Part shown: piece after piece, positions 1 to 13,610 of the stretch
Layout of the letters: the number at the start of each line of letters is the position of its first letter
How positions within the stretch are numbered: position 1 is the stretch's first letter
Assembly (NCBI GenBank): GCA_016840095.1
Contig: JAEOSZ010000026.1
Span: 17,920 to 81,919, forward strand
Reading direction: 5' to 3'
From: Candidatus Heimdallarchaeota archaeon
GTDB taxonomy: Archaea > Asgardarchaeota > Heimdallarchaeia > Heimdallarchaeales > Heimdallarchaeaceae
Length of the DNA: 64,000 bases
The notes under the pieces: generated by a model
The model's input: the letters and a program-made list of their open reading frames with translations, nothing else
Told to the model about the DNA's origin: nothing
Database searches by the model: none
Translations under genes and position numbers: made by a program

Positions 1-62
1 CGTAAATAGAATACTGCATTTACGACTTAGAAAAAGATTAACTAGGATGAATAAGCAATATT

Positions 63-476
63 CTATCCAGAGCTCTTTATTCTCATAATCTTGCTTTTAC
101 CAATAGCTTTCCAATATTCGACTTCTGCTCCTTCTTGAATTTGAGCTTTCATCTCTTCATCATCTGGTAGTGCTGTCTCAAATGTTTCATATGATTCAAG
201 ATCCATTATTTGAACACTATCTCCACCAACAGAAATAACTTGGGCATTTCTTTTATCAATAATAGGAGATTGGAGCTTTAAGTCACCAGGAATGGAGATT
301 TCAGTTTTACTTCCTGTAAATATATTCTCAATTTTCATCCTACATTTAGTGTGTCCATGTTTGCCACTTTTTGATTTTTCAATCGAACGTACAAGGAATA
401 CTTCATCATTTTGAATTATATGATTGCCTTCCTTTATTTGGCTAGCTCTAACAGGTGTAATATCAAATTCTGACAT
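63..476 (-). CDS. eif5a: Translation factor aIF5A/eIF5A
   Basis: Hypusine loop KSGKHGHTK; C-terminal QIMDLESYETFE OB fold. Confidence 0.97.
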   Translation of the reverse strand: MSEFDITPVRASQIKEGNHIIQNDEVFLVRSIEKSKSGKHGHTKCRMKIENIFTGSKTEISIPGDLKLQSPIIDKRNAQVISVGGDSVQIMDLESYETFETALPDDEEMKAQIQEGAEVEYWKAIGKSKIMRIKSSG

Positions 477-655
477 TTTTTGATCCTCTTTGAAAGTTCT
501 ATTCTAATTATATGTATGTTCATTTGATGTTCTATATTTAAAGGATTTTGGTAACCAATTTTGTTTTAATTGATGCACATAGTAGTTTAATGTAAAAACC
601 AACTAAAAACTAAAAGTATGTATAAAGAATAAAAAGAAGAACCAATCAAGAAAAT

Positions 656-1099
656 TTATCTTTGTGGTTTTGGCTTCCTACCGATGACAATCTGTTTTAA
701 GGCAACTCCATTAACATGAGTAACTTGCCATTTAACACCAGGAATGTCTCCCATAGCTCCCTTCTGAGCTCCACCAATACTGCAAACAATAACTTCATCA
801 TGTTCGTCAATGTATAATAACCCACCATCGTGAGGGACAAAAGCACCTACTTGTTTACCATTCTTAGCAAGTCTGACTCTTACACATTTTCTCAAAGCTG
901 AATTTGGTTGTTTGCTCTCAACACCGTATTTTTCAACAACAATACCTCTTGCAGCTGGAGCTCCCTCTAATGGATCTGTTTTCTTATCCAATCTTAACAT
1001 TCGTCTTTTATACTGCATATCTTTCCATCTGAAGTGTTTTCTCTTATTCTTCAGTTTTCTTGCAGCGAATTCGCCTTTCGGACTTTTTGAACCTGTCAT
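656..1099 (-). CDS. rps12: 30S ribosomal protein uS12 (archaeal type)
   Basis: [13 protein letters not shown] and GDIPGVKW motifs; archaeal N-terminus GEFAARKL. Confidence 0.98.
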   Translation of the reverse strand: MTGSKSPKGEFAARKLKNKRKHFRWKDMQYKRRMLRLDKKTDPLEGAPAARGIVVEKYGVESKQPNSALRKCVRVRLAKNGKQVGAFVPHDGGLLYIDEHDEVIVCSIGGAQKGAMGDIPGVKWQVTHVNGVALKQIVIGRKPKPQR

Positions 1100-1320
1100 T
1101 TAATCACTTTGATTTGTTAATACTTCAAAGGTAAACCCGAAGTAAGTCATTTCTTCAAGTGTTTCCTCTTGGATTTCATTAAAAAACTTTTGATGTTAAA
1201 CATCATTTGAATTTATTGGGTTTACTTGATTATTAACTGCTTTTATGAGAAAATAGAGTGTGTTTGATGAAGGATATAATTTCTGTGGTGTATATAAGTT
1301 ATATTTTCTTTAAATGAGTA

Positions 1321-2541
1321 ATGGGGAAAAGAGCTCTGCTGGTATTAGTACTAGCTATTCTGTTTGCAAGTCAAATTGCAGAAGGATCGGTAAACGAAAT
1401 AGAAATAGATGAAATTAGGGTATTAGAAAGAGAAAAAGAAGTATTTGTATATCTAAGAAACCTACCAAGACCATTAGGTTTTCGTGTATGGATAAATAGT
1501 GAGGAAGTAACAGAAAATTGTAGAGTACGTTTCGATTCCAAACTATTAAATACGGAAAGTATTTTATTAATAGGTTTACCTCAGAATGTTCTAAATACAT
1601 CTAATGAGCTGTTCATCACTTTTTATGATGAAACGTTCTCTAAGAATTTCACGGAAACATTTGACTTCTTACCAAAGAAATGGTTTGATATGAATTGGCC
1701 TTTAACAATTGGTGTTATTGTTGGATTAATAGTTTTATTCTTTGTTGGTTCGCGAAAAATGATCAAAAAAGGAAAATCAGCTGATGGTATAACTGCAAAC
1801 CCAATAACAAAAACAACAACTTATAATGAAATGATGGTAAAAACAGTTTTAGTTCTCATAATTTCTATAGGTTTATTCATTTATGTTTCGTACCATCCAT
1901 ATTTCCGTTATCCTCAATTAATTTCTTCTAGCTGGGGATTATTCTATGATATATTACATTTCTTTTCGTTAGGGTGCTTTTATGTTGCCATTGCTGGTTT
2001 TTCCTATCATGTTCTTCGTTTTGCTTTTGGTTTAGAAAGAAAACCAGCACCTAATTCTTCAATTAAACAGATTGGATCTTTTCACTATTATTTTAGGAAG
2101 ATATTAGGTGGAACAGATCAGATTAATGAAAAATTGAATAAAGAGAAACATCCATCAATTGTAGTTATAAGTAAAACACTACTCATTATCACAGTATTCT
2201 TTACACTGCGGATTATACTATTGTTGCTTCTAAATACTCTCTACACATATTACCCATCAAATTTCATGTTAGTATTAAATAATGAAGGAATCAATACACA
2301 CTCAATATATGGATGGCTAGGAGTACTTCTTCAGGTTTTAACTATAGTCTTTCTAATAAGTATGGCAATAAGCTTCTTTGTTTCTTTAAACACCATATAT
2401 ACCATTTATTTCAGAAATACATCAAAGAAAAAGAAAACCAAGAGATATAATCAGATTTTCCGGATAATTCTACCATTGATATTCTATGGTCTTTATCAAT
2501 TAACGGAGACTATTCTCTCGAATACTAATTTTCAGATTTAA
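1321..2541 (+). CDS. Hypothetical membrane protein (signal peptide, soluble domain, ~6 TM helices)
   Basis: 406-aa ORF with a hydrophobic N-terminal leader and several hydrophobic segments; no family recognised. Confidence 0.7.
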   Translation: MGKRALLVLVLAILFASQIAEGSVNEIEIDEIRVLEREKEVFVYLRNLPRPLGFRVWINSEEVTENCRVRFDSKLLNTESILLIGLPQNVLNTSNELFITFYDETFSKNFTETFDFLPKKWFDMNWPLTIGVIVGLIVLFFVGSRKMIKKGKSADGITANPITKTTTYNEMMVKTVLVLIISIGLFIYVSYHPYFRYPQLISSSWGLFYDILHFFSLGCFYVAIAGFSYHVLRFAFGLERKPAPNSSIKQIGSFHYYFRKILGGTDQINEKLNKEKHPSIVVISKTLLIITVFFTLRIILLLLLNTLYTYYPSNFMLVLNNEGINTHSIYGWLGVLLQVLTIVFLISMAISFFVSLNTIYTIYFRNTSKKKKTKRYNQIFRIILPLIFYGLYQLTETILSNTNFQI

Positions 2542-3625
2542 TTACTTTAACCTTCTTAATATACTGATTAGTATGTTTCTTGCTTTCTTCTACATTTTCT
2601 GGTTGTATTGCATCAGCTACCTCAATAAGAAACTTTTCATTAGCTTGTTCTGACATTTTATTTCTTTTCTTTCTGTAAAATACGCCATAAAGTGCAAATA
2701 GAAAAGTAAAAACAGCCATACCTACGATTATATAATCTGTAGCACTCCCGAAAATACTATTATCAGGAACTTCCTCATTCTCATTTGCTATTTGATTGTC
2801 ATAACCAACCGATTGATCCAAATTTTCTATTTCTAGATGGTAATAACAGATCTCATGAACATCTTCTTCAATACTAGAAGTAAAATTGTAGTAATAATCG
2901 ATATCATAAGTATATAAGTATAGTAATCCTTTTTCTATATCAAAAACTGATTTAGTTACAAACTCAAGAGTCTCAAGTAAGCTTTCTTCTTCATTGATGA
3001 ATCTATTATCCTCAATGAATCTAAATTCGTTATAAGTTATAGTTACAGTAAAGAGTTTATCACTCAAGAAGTATCTACGAGATTCAGTGTTATTGACAAT
3101 GATTGAATAGTTATCCCCCATATCTGTATAATAATCAATTACGTTAAAGTACTCTTCTACTTCCCTTGCATACTTATAATATTCTTCTAATGTAATGAAT
3201 AGACCTGTACTATTTTCAAAAAGAGCAGGAAGTGTAAAAAAATCACCATAATGAAGATTTTTCTGCCCTAAATAGATATCATCCAAATTATAAATAATTG
3301 AGTCGTTGTTTAAAATGATATCAAACCAGTCTCCATCAGCTCTATAATTAATTTCAAAGTCATTCGGATTATTGGTAACTTTAAGTTGAACTAAATCTCC
3401 TTGAGAAACGTTTATTTCTCCGATTCGTGAATTATAATAATATTCAGGTTTATTACCCTTCCACTCAAGAGTGCTTACTTTCCAGTCAACTGTTGTTCCT
3501 ACAGAGAAAAAGTCTGAATAAAGCAAACCTTCCGATAAACTATAAGCTTTACTAGAAGGTGTAAAAGCTAAAAGTGCAATAATAAATAATACTGATAGTT
3601 CCCCATTTTTTTGAGTGAGTACCAT
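2525..3625 (-). CDS. Hypothetical secreted, C-terminally membrane-anchored protein
   Basis: Signal-like N-terminus, Tyr/Asp/Glu-rich ectodomain, TM helix YIIVGMAVFTFLFALYGVFY then RKKR; 17-bp convergent overlap with the previous gene. Confidence 0.7.
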   Translation of the reverse strand: MVLTQKNGELSVLFIIALLAFTPSSKAYSLSEGLLYSDFFSVGTTVDWKVSTLEWKGNKPEYYYNSRIGEINVSQGDLVQLKVTNNPNDFEINYRADGDWFDIILNNDSIIYNLDDIYLGQKNLHYGDFFTLPALFENSTGLFITLEEYYKYAREVEEYFNVIDYYTDMGDNYSIIVNNTESRRYFLSDKLFTVTITYNEFRFIEDNRFINEEESLLETLEFVTKSVFDIEKGLLYLYTYDIDYYYNFTSSIEEDVHEICYYHLEIENLDQSVGYDNQIANENEEVPDNSIFGSATDYIIVGMAVFTFLFALYGVFYRKKRNKMSEQANEKFLIEVADAIQPENVEESKKHTNQYIKKVKVIKSEN

Positions 3626-3760
3626 TTAACCACCCACTCTCTTCTTATCAAAACCATCCTATTTATAGCTAACAAAAATCTGAAGACTATCTAAACTTAA
3701 AGGGTTAAATAATGCTCTTTGATAAAAACAAACGAAAAATAGAAGTGAGATAAAGAATAA

Positions 3761-7659
<3,899 letters not shown>

Positions 7660-7879
7660 TTCATAACTCCAAAAACTTTGAATCTCCACACTAATGTGAT
7701 TACTCTTTACTCAATGCATTTTGTAATTGATAAAAAGCTTTTGATTACAAACCAATTCTTACAAGCTGAAATTCCATTCTAGATGTGTTTAATTAAGTTG
7801 AACAGAATTCTGTAAATCCTCATAATTTATTAAGTCATTTAAAAATTATTACACAAGAAAGTGAAACAAGAAAATCACG

Positions 7880-8815
7880 GTGATATTCATGATTATTGAT
7901 GGAAGAAAGTTTTCGCAAGAGTATACTGATAAAGTGCTTAAACCTCGTTGTGATATTTTCAAAGAAAAATACAAAAAAGTACCAAAGTTATCTACAATAA
8001 TTGTAGGTGAAGATCCTGCTTCAGAATCTTATCGAAGAATAAGAGAGAAGTTTTTTGCAAACCTTTGTGTTGATTCTCCTGCTCTTCAACTGCCAGAAGA
8101 AACAACAGAGAAGGAGCTTTTAGATATTATAGATAAACAGAATAACGATGACAGTATAGATGGAATACTTGTCCAATTACCTCTGCCTAAACACATGGAC
8201 GAAGATAAGATAATAGAAAGTATCTCTCCAGATAAAGATATTGAAGGTTTGTCTCCTGGAAATGTATATGCTTGGACAAAATCTACCCCTAACCTAATTC
8301 CCGCAACAGCTCTTGGCGCACTTGCCCTCTTGAAACATTACCAGATTCCTTTACATGGTAAGCATGCTGTTGTAGTTGGAAGAAGCATGATAATTGGCAA
8401 ACCTATAGCACATCTTCTTTTGAGAGAGCATGCTACAGTAACAATTTGTCATTCAAGATCAAAACCACTTGAGAAATATACTAAAGAAGCAGATATACTC
8501 ATTGCAGCTGTTGGTCGTGCTCATCTGATCAAGAAGGGTATGGTGAAAAAAGATGTTGCAATTATTGATGTGGGAGTTAATTTTGAAGATGGTAAACTAA
8601 TGGGAGATACAGACTTTGATGATTTAAAAGATGATGTAGACTATATTTCTCCTGTACCTGGAGGAAGTGGTCCCGCAACTGTAGCTATGTTAGCAAGCAA
8701 TTTACTTCTAGCTTTTGAACTTAAACAAGCAAAGGATGATGTCAATCTTCAGAAGTGTTTGAGAGAATACTACGCTGATTATGAGGCAAAAGGAGACAAA
8801 GATACTTGTATTTAG
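7880..8815 (+). CDS. folD: Methylene-THF dehydrogenase/cyclohydrolase family (FolD)
   Basis: DGILVQLPLP, VVGRSMIIGKP, ATVTICHS, IIDVGVN, SPVPGG motifs. Confidence 0.93.
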   Translation: MIFMIIDGRKFSQEYTDKVLKPRCDIFKEKYKKVPKLSTIIVGEDPASESYRRIREKFFANLCVDSPALQLPEETTEKELLDIIDKQNNDDSIDGILVQLPLPKHMDEDKIIESISPDKDIEGLSPGNVYAWTKSTPNLIPATALGALALLKHYQIPLHGKHAVVVGRSMIIGKPIAHLLLREHATVTICHSRSKPLEKYTKEADILIAAVGRAHLIKKGMVKKDVAIIDVGVNFEDGKLMGDTDFDDLKDDVDYISPVPGGSGPATVAMLASNLLLAFELKQAKDDVNLQKCLREYYADYEAKGDKDTCI

Positions 8816-8856
8816 TACAAGAAAACTATTTAGAGGAAAGCATCTAGATTATAGCA

Positions 8857-9207
8857 ATGAAAGAGCCTACACTCACTACCACTCTCGAAGTAGATGGTCA
8901 AGAGTATCATATAACTGCAGTTTTTTTGGAAAATGCAGTTTCTATTTTTATTTATGATGAAACTCCTAGACTGGGGACTTTGGCAATTTCTGTACCGGGT
9001 ACAGATATTATGCAAGCTTCAACGCTTTATGTTACTGGATCATCAGATGCACATTTTGTAAGAATGTTGGGTGAAAGATTTGCTTCACGAATTCAGAAAT
9101 TAGTTTTAATATCAATTAGTTTGAAAGAAATTTCAAACGATTTAATTCTGAAAATAATGCAACAAACAGAACAACTTCTTTTTGAAGAAAAAAGTGAAAA
9201 AGAGTAA
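8857..9207 (+). CDS. Proteasome assembly chaperone 4 (PAC4/PSMG4)-like protein
   Basis: Size and pattern (F-LENA-V-SIFIY...LGTLAISVP...STLYVTG...LGERFASR...LVLISISL) resemble the PAC3/PAC4 fold; recognised from memory. Confidence 0.6.
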   Translation: MKEPTLTTTLEVDGQEYHITAVFLENAVSIFIYDETPRLGTLAISVPGTDIMQASTLYVTGSSDAHFVRMLGERFASRIQKLVLISISLKEISNDLILKIMQQTEQLLFEEKSEKE

Positions 9208-9226
9208 AGGAAAAAACCCTTTACGA

Positions 9227-10555
9227 TTATTTTAGTATAGATAAACCCGGATACAATGGGAATTGCTTTGTTAGTTCAAGAATGTCTTCTTTAACTTTGT
9301 GAGCTACTTCTACACTTCCTTTTGCTTTAATTACCTTTGAAAGACCTTCTGCTATTACTTTCATTTCTGATTCTTTCATTCCTCTGGAGGTAATTGCAGG
9401 GGTTCCAAGTCTTAATCCAGATGGATGGAATGGACTTGAAGGTTCATATGGAACTGTATTCTTGTTTAAGGTTATACCTGCTTCATCTAAAGCTGTTTGA
9501 ATAGGGCCACCTTTACCAGTTAGGTCTTCAGGACGCAAATCTATGAGAATAAGGTGGTTATCTGTTCCATTTGTTACTAATTTTATATCAAGAGCCATTA
9601 GTTCATCTGCTAGTACAGCTGCATTCTTCACGATTTGTTTAGCATAATCCTTAAATTCGGGTTTCATGGCTTCTGCAAATGCAACAGCTTTTGCTGCAGT
9701 AGCATGGTCATGAGGTCCTCCTTGAAGACCAGGAAATACAGCTGAATCTATTAATCGAGCTAGAGTAAATGGTTCTCCTGCTTTGGTTTTCTTCTCAGGA
9801 TGGTGAATCTCGTGCAACCTATCTTCTATTTTACACATTATAATTGCACCACGTGGTCCTCTTAGACTTTTGTGGGTTGTAGTTGTTACAACATCAGTAA
9901 AAGGAAAAGGACTTTCATGAACACCACCAGCGATCAAACCCGAAATATGTGAAATATCAGCAAGTTGGTAAGCATCAACTTCTTCTGCAATTTCTTGGAA
10001 AGCTTTGAAGTCTATCTTTCTAGGATATGCAGTTAAACCGGAGATAATCATTTCTGGATTCTCTTTTTTAGCTAGCTCATGAATAACTCCCATATCTAGC
10101 ATTTCTGTCTCTTTATCAACATCATAGCTAACACAAGTATAGTTCTTACCTGAGAAATTCACATGGCTTCCATGGGTAAGATGACCACCTGATGTGAGGC
10201 TAAAACCTAGGAATTTATCCTTTAGGTTTAACAAAGCGAAGAAAACGGCCTGATTAGCTGGAGAACCAGAATAAGGTTGAACATTGACATGTTCAGCACC
10301 AAAGAGTTTCTTAGCACGTTCTATTGCTAGAATCTCTACTTCATCAACAATTTCATTACCACCATAATATCTCTTCTTAGGATAACCTTCAGAGTATTTA
10401 TTGGTAAAAACGCTACCCATGGTCTGAAGAACGGACCGATAGGTGTAATTTTCAGAAGGAATTAGTTCTATACCTTCTTCTTGTCGCTTTAGTTCTCGTA
10501 GAAGCATATCAGCTATTTCTGGATCGGAATTAGCAACATCATTCATTAAATTCAT
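9227..10555 (-). CDS. glyA: Serine hydroxymethyltransferase (bacterial type)
   Basis: ELIPSEN, NKYSEGYP..RYYGG, GGHLTHG, TTTTHKSLRGPRG, LRLGTPAITSRG. Confidence 0.98.
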   Translation of the reverse strand: MNLMNDVANSDPEIADMLLRELKRQEEGIELIPSENYTYRSVLQTMGSVFTNKYSEGYPKKRYYGGNEIVDEVEILAIERAKKLFGAEHVNVQPYSGSPANQAVFFALLNLKDKFLGFSLTSGGHLTHGSHVNFSGKNYTCVSYDVDKETEMLDMGVIHELAKKENPEMIISGLTAYPRKIDFKAFQEIAEEVDAYQLADISHISGLIAGGVHESPFPFTDVVTTTTHKSLRGPRGAIIMCKIEDRLHEIHHPEKKTKAGEPFTLARLIDSAVFPGLQGGPHDHATAAKAVAFAEAMKPEFKDYAKQIVKNAAVLADELMALDIKLVTNGTDNHLILIDLRPEDLTGKGGPIQTALDEAGITLNKNTVPYEPSSPFHPSGLRLGTPAITSRGMKESEMKVIAEGLSKVIKAKGSVEVAHKVKEDILELTKQFPLYPGLSILK

Positions 10556-10638
10556 AATTTATCCTCAGAAGAACAACAAAGCGTTTTCTTTAAATATCTT
10601 TTTCAATCGCACTACAACGCGAAAAAATAGTTTCTGAA

Positions 10639-10676
10639 AATCTTACCACAAGAATTTATTTTTGTGTGGTAAGATT
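10639..10676. repeat. Perfect 12-bp inverted repeat with 14-nt spacer
   Basis: AATCTTACCACA (10639-10650) / TGTGGTAAGATT (10665-10676) between divergent glyA and the M55 peptidase gene. Confidence 0.85.
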
Positions 10677-10780
10677 CCCACACCCTATGTCGCTTTGTTC
10701 ATCTATTCTGGTATTCATTTCTTTCTTGAATGACTCTTTTATTCTTTCTTTCTTCTCTTTTCTTACCTTAGAGTGATATT

Positions 10781-11605
10781 ATGAAAATTTACGTTGTTTG
10801 TGATTTAGAAGGTGTTGCTGGTGTTATTGATCACCGCTTGCAATGCTCTTGGGAACCCGAATCTTTTGTAGCCTTCAATGGTGAATACTATAAACAGGCT
10901 CGAAAGTTAGCTACTCTGGAACTCAATGCACTTATAGAAGGAGCATTGGAAGGAGGAGCTAAGGAAGTAGTTGCTTGGGATGGGCATGGACCTTTCCCTG
11001 GAGGACTAGATGTAGAACTGATACATCCTGAATGTAAACTGGTAATGGCAGCAGGAGATGGAGGACCAGAAGGACTAGATGAGAGTTATGATGCACTGTT
11101 CATGTGTGGACTACACGCAATGGCAGGTGTAGAAAAAGGAGTAATGGCACACAGTTTCTTTGGAGGAATAGAAGAGGTAGTAATAAACGGGATAAAAGTA
11201 GGAGAAGTAGGAATGAACAGCGCATTAGCAGGATCATATGGAGTACCAACAGTGTTTATAAGTGGAGACAAAGACGGAGCAGAGGAAGCAAAAGAACTAA
11301 TTCCGAATATAGTAACAGCAGTAGTGAAAGAAGGTATGAAACCAGCAGGAAAGAAACTGGGAAATATACCAACACTATCATTGACACCGCAGAAAGCAAG
11401 AGAAGTGATAAAGGAAAAGGCAAAGGAAGCAATGGAGAAGATAAAGGAAATTGAACCATTTGTAATAAAAGGTCCATATACAGTAAGAACAAAGTATGCG
11501 AAAAAGGAATTTGCTGACTGGAGTGCGAAAAAAACCAATATCAAGAGAATAGACGAATATACAGTGGAAGCAAAAGGAAAGAGCTTAGAAGAGCCTTTAT
11601 TCTAA
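10781..11605 (+). CDS. dppA: M55 family D-aminopeptidase (DppA-like)
   Basis: MKIYVVCDLEG, DGHG, GLHAMAG, MAHSF, GEVGMN, FISGD motifs. Confidence 0.92.
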   Translation: MKIYVVCDLEGVAGVIDHRLQCSWEPESFVAFNGEYYKQARKLATLELNALIEGALEGGAKEVVAWDGHGPFPGGLDVELIHPECKLVMAAGDGGPEGLDESYDALFMCGLHAMAGVEKGVMAHSFFGGIEEVVINGIKVGEVGMNSALAGSYGVPTVFISGDKDGAEEAKELIPNIVTAVVKEGMKPAGKKLGNIPTLSLTPQKAREVIKEKAKEAMEKIKEIEPFVIKGPYTVRTKYAKKEFADWSAKKTNIKRIDEYTVEAKGKSLEEPLF

Positions 11606-11611
11606 GAAAAA

Positions 11612-12892
11612 TCAGAAGGGTATGACGCGGTCATATCCTGTCTTATCCCTTTTTTTGGTAGCATCAATGATCACTTTGATGGAAGTATTGTCCCCTCTAC
11701 GTCGAGAAGGATCAAGAGAAGAACCACGCATGTTATCGAGAATAGTTATGTCGTTGGCCCCGGCTCTGGTTATTCTAGCCCACTCAACAGCTTTACTGTC
11801 ACAGATATCTATGTCTTCATCAACAACAGTGACCCATTTAAGAGAAGGATGAGCTTCAAAAGCTGTTAAACCCACTTTATGACCATCAACATCAGAATGG
11901 GTAGTAACAGAAATAACAGCACTTAACCAACCACACCCACTAGGGGTAAGATAGACACCATGAACCTTGGGTACAACCTTACTCACACGATTGTGAATCT
12001 CTGCTTCGCGAGGAAAACCCATAAGGATAAAATGCTCCTCATAAGCAGGAAGAATTGTTTGGAAAATAGGATCATCCCGATAAAAGATGTTTTCGAATTG
12101 AACGATAGGTTGGGACCGAACATCATCAGGAGTACCAGTAATATCAACAAATGGTCCTTCATCAACCTCTTCATTAGCAAGGATTTTTCCTTCCAAAATA
12201 AATTCAACATCAGATGGAACAGGGATACCATAACGAGGAGTTCGTGCAATGGATAGATTACCTCGCAGAAGAGAATTCGCAATAGAGAGTTCAGATTTAC
12301 CAGACGGAGTAGGAGAAGAAGCTGCTAATGCAAGAACAGGATGATAACCATTAACTACTGCAATAGGAGTATCCAAACCATTCTCTTTGTTTTCATGAAA
12401 GATTTTATACAGATTTCTAGGAACAATACGAATAGCTCCTTGTTGATTATTGAGAACCATGATTCTGTGAATACTCATGTTAGGAGCTTTGGTATCTGGA
12501 AACTGTGCAATAACGATTCCGGAAGTAAGGTACTTTCCCCCATCTACAGGAAAGAATTTTGGAATAGGGAGTTTAGAGAGATTGACTGAATCTTTGTTGG
12601 AAAAGGTTAAGCTGGATTCAACTGGTTTGGGTTGTTGAGGATTGAGAAGGGATTGTTGAAAGAAGTTGTAATAATTTTTATCTTTATTCAAAACAAGTTC
12701 AAGTTGATTTCGAGAAGAAAGACAGTTACCAAGTAAAGGAAAAGTAGAATCTTCTACATCTGAAAACAGAACAGCTTTGTTATGGTTTATTTGAAGATGT
12801 TCAGTAATCTCATATTCAAGCTTAACTTTATCCTTAATTTCCACAAGTAAATTCGATTGTTTGAGTGTATCAAGATAGGGTCTTAAACTCAT
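11612..12892 (-). CDS. UbiD family (prFMN) decarboxylase
   Basis: DGGKYLTSG, NMSIHR, EGPFVDITG, VVDEDIDI, GSSLDPS, IDATK. Start trimmed to MSLRPYL because the longer ORF runs into tRNA-Leu. Confidence 0.92.
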   Translation of the reverse strand: MSLRPYLDTLKQSNLLVEIKDKVKLEYEITEHLQINHNKAVLFSDVEDSTFPLLGNCLSSRNQLELVLNKDKNYYNFFQQSLLNPQQPKPVESSLTFSNKDSVNLSKLPIPKFFPVDGGKYLTSGIVIAQFPDTKAPNMSIHRIMVLNNQQGAIRIVPRNLYKIFHENKENGLDTPIAVVNGYHPVLALAASSPTPSGKSELSIANSLLRGNLSIARTPRYGIPVPSDVEFILEGKILANEEVDEGPFVDITGTPDDVRSQPIVQFENIFYRDDPIFQTILPAYEEHFILMGFPREAEIHNRVSKVVPKVHGVYLTPSGCGWLSAVISVTTHSDVDGHKVGLTAFEAHPSLKWVTVVDEDIDICDSKAVEWARITRAGANDITILDNMRGSSLDPSRRRGDNTSIKVIIDATKKRDKTGYDRVIPF

Positions 12893-12937
12893 AAAATCAC
12901 AGTTTCCATAGAATACAAAAGACATAAGATACAATGA

Positions 12938-12945
12938 TTTAAATA
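12938..12945 (+). promoter_or_regulatory. TATA box of tRNA-Leu
   Basis: TTTAAATA about 40 bp upstream of the mature tRNA 5' end. Confidence 0.6.
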
Positions 12946-12984
12946 TCTTGTTAGAGAGAAAACGATAGAAAATCTGATTGTTGT

Positions 12985-13069
12985 GCGGGGATTGCCGAGT
13001 GGACAAAGGCGCTAGATTCAGGTTCTAGTCCTTAGTGGTTCGGGAGTTCGAATCTCCCTTCCCGCACCA
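12985..13069 (+). tRNA. tRNA-Leu(CAG), CCA encoded
   Basis: Acceptor GCGGGGA/TTCCCGC, anticodon arm CTAGA-TTCAGGT-TCTAG, long variable arm, T arm GGGAG-TTCGAAT-CTCCC, A73-CCA. Confidence 0.97.
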
Positions 13070-13100
13070 ACTAATCCCTTTTAGCAAAAGATAGGTGTAA

Positions 13101-13610
13101 TTGATGAAAATAGGAATCATGAGTGATAGTCATGATCACAGACCAAACATACAAAGAGCTTTGGAATTGTTCAAGGAAAAAGAAGTTGAAGTGATTATAC
13201 ATGCAGGGGATTTAATATCTCCTTTCTGCGTAAAGATGTTTGAGGAATTTAAAGGAAAATTCTACTTATGTACCGGTAACAATCTAGGAGACACTGGAGT
13301 AATAAGTAATATGATGAAAGAGGTGGGATTTTTTTATGAGGATGTAGGAGAGTTTGAAATAGAAGGGAAAACATTTGCCTTATATCATGGAACTGATGAG
13401 CTGCAGCTGAATTCCCTGATTTACTCAAAAAAACCTTATGACTACATTATAACTGGTCATACTCATAAAAAACTCTTGAAGAAGATAGACAAAACAATTC
13501 TAATTAATCCCGGGGAGACATTTGATTTATACGAAGATCCAACTGTAGCTATCCTTAATCTTGAAAATAGAAAGGTAGAATTTCATTCATTGAAATACAA
13601 AGAGATTTGA
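13101..13610 (+). CDS. YfcE/MJ0936-type metallophosphoesterase
   Basis: SDSH, HAGD, GNN, YHG, GHTH, INPG motifs. Confidence 0.92.
   Translation: MMKIGIMSDSHDHRPNIQRALELFKEKEVEVIIHAGDLISPFCVKMFEEFKGKFYLCTGNNLGDTGVISNMMKEVGFFYEDVGEFEIEGKTFALYHGTDELQLNSLIYSKKPYDYIITGHTHKKLLKKIDKTILINPGETFDLYEDPTVAILNLENRKVEFHSLKYKEI

Noticed and set aside
7721-7813. Short dyads in the rpoA1-folD divergent region (TTGTAAT/ATTACAA; ACAGAATTCTGT)
   Set aside because: Short and AT-rich, so plausible by chance; no second copy noticed
12893-13006. N-terminal extension of the UbiD ORF
   Set aside because: Overlaps tRNA-Leu and its promoter; the family N-terminus starts at 12892
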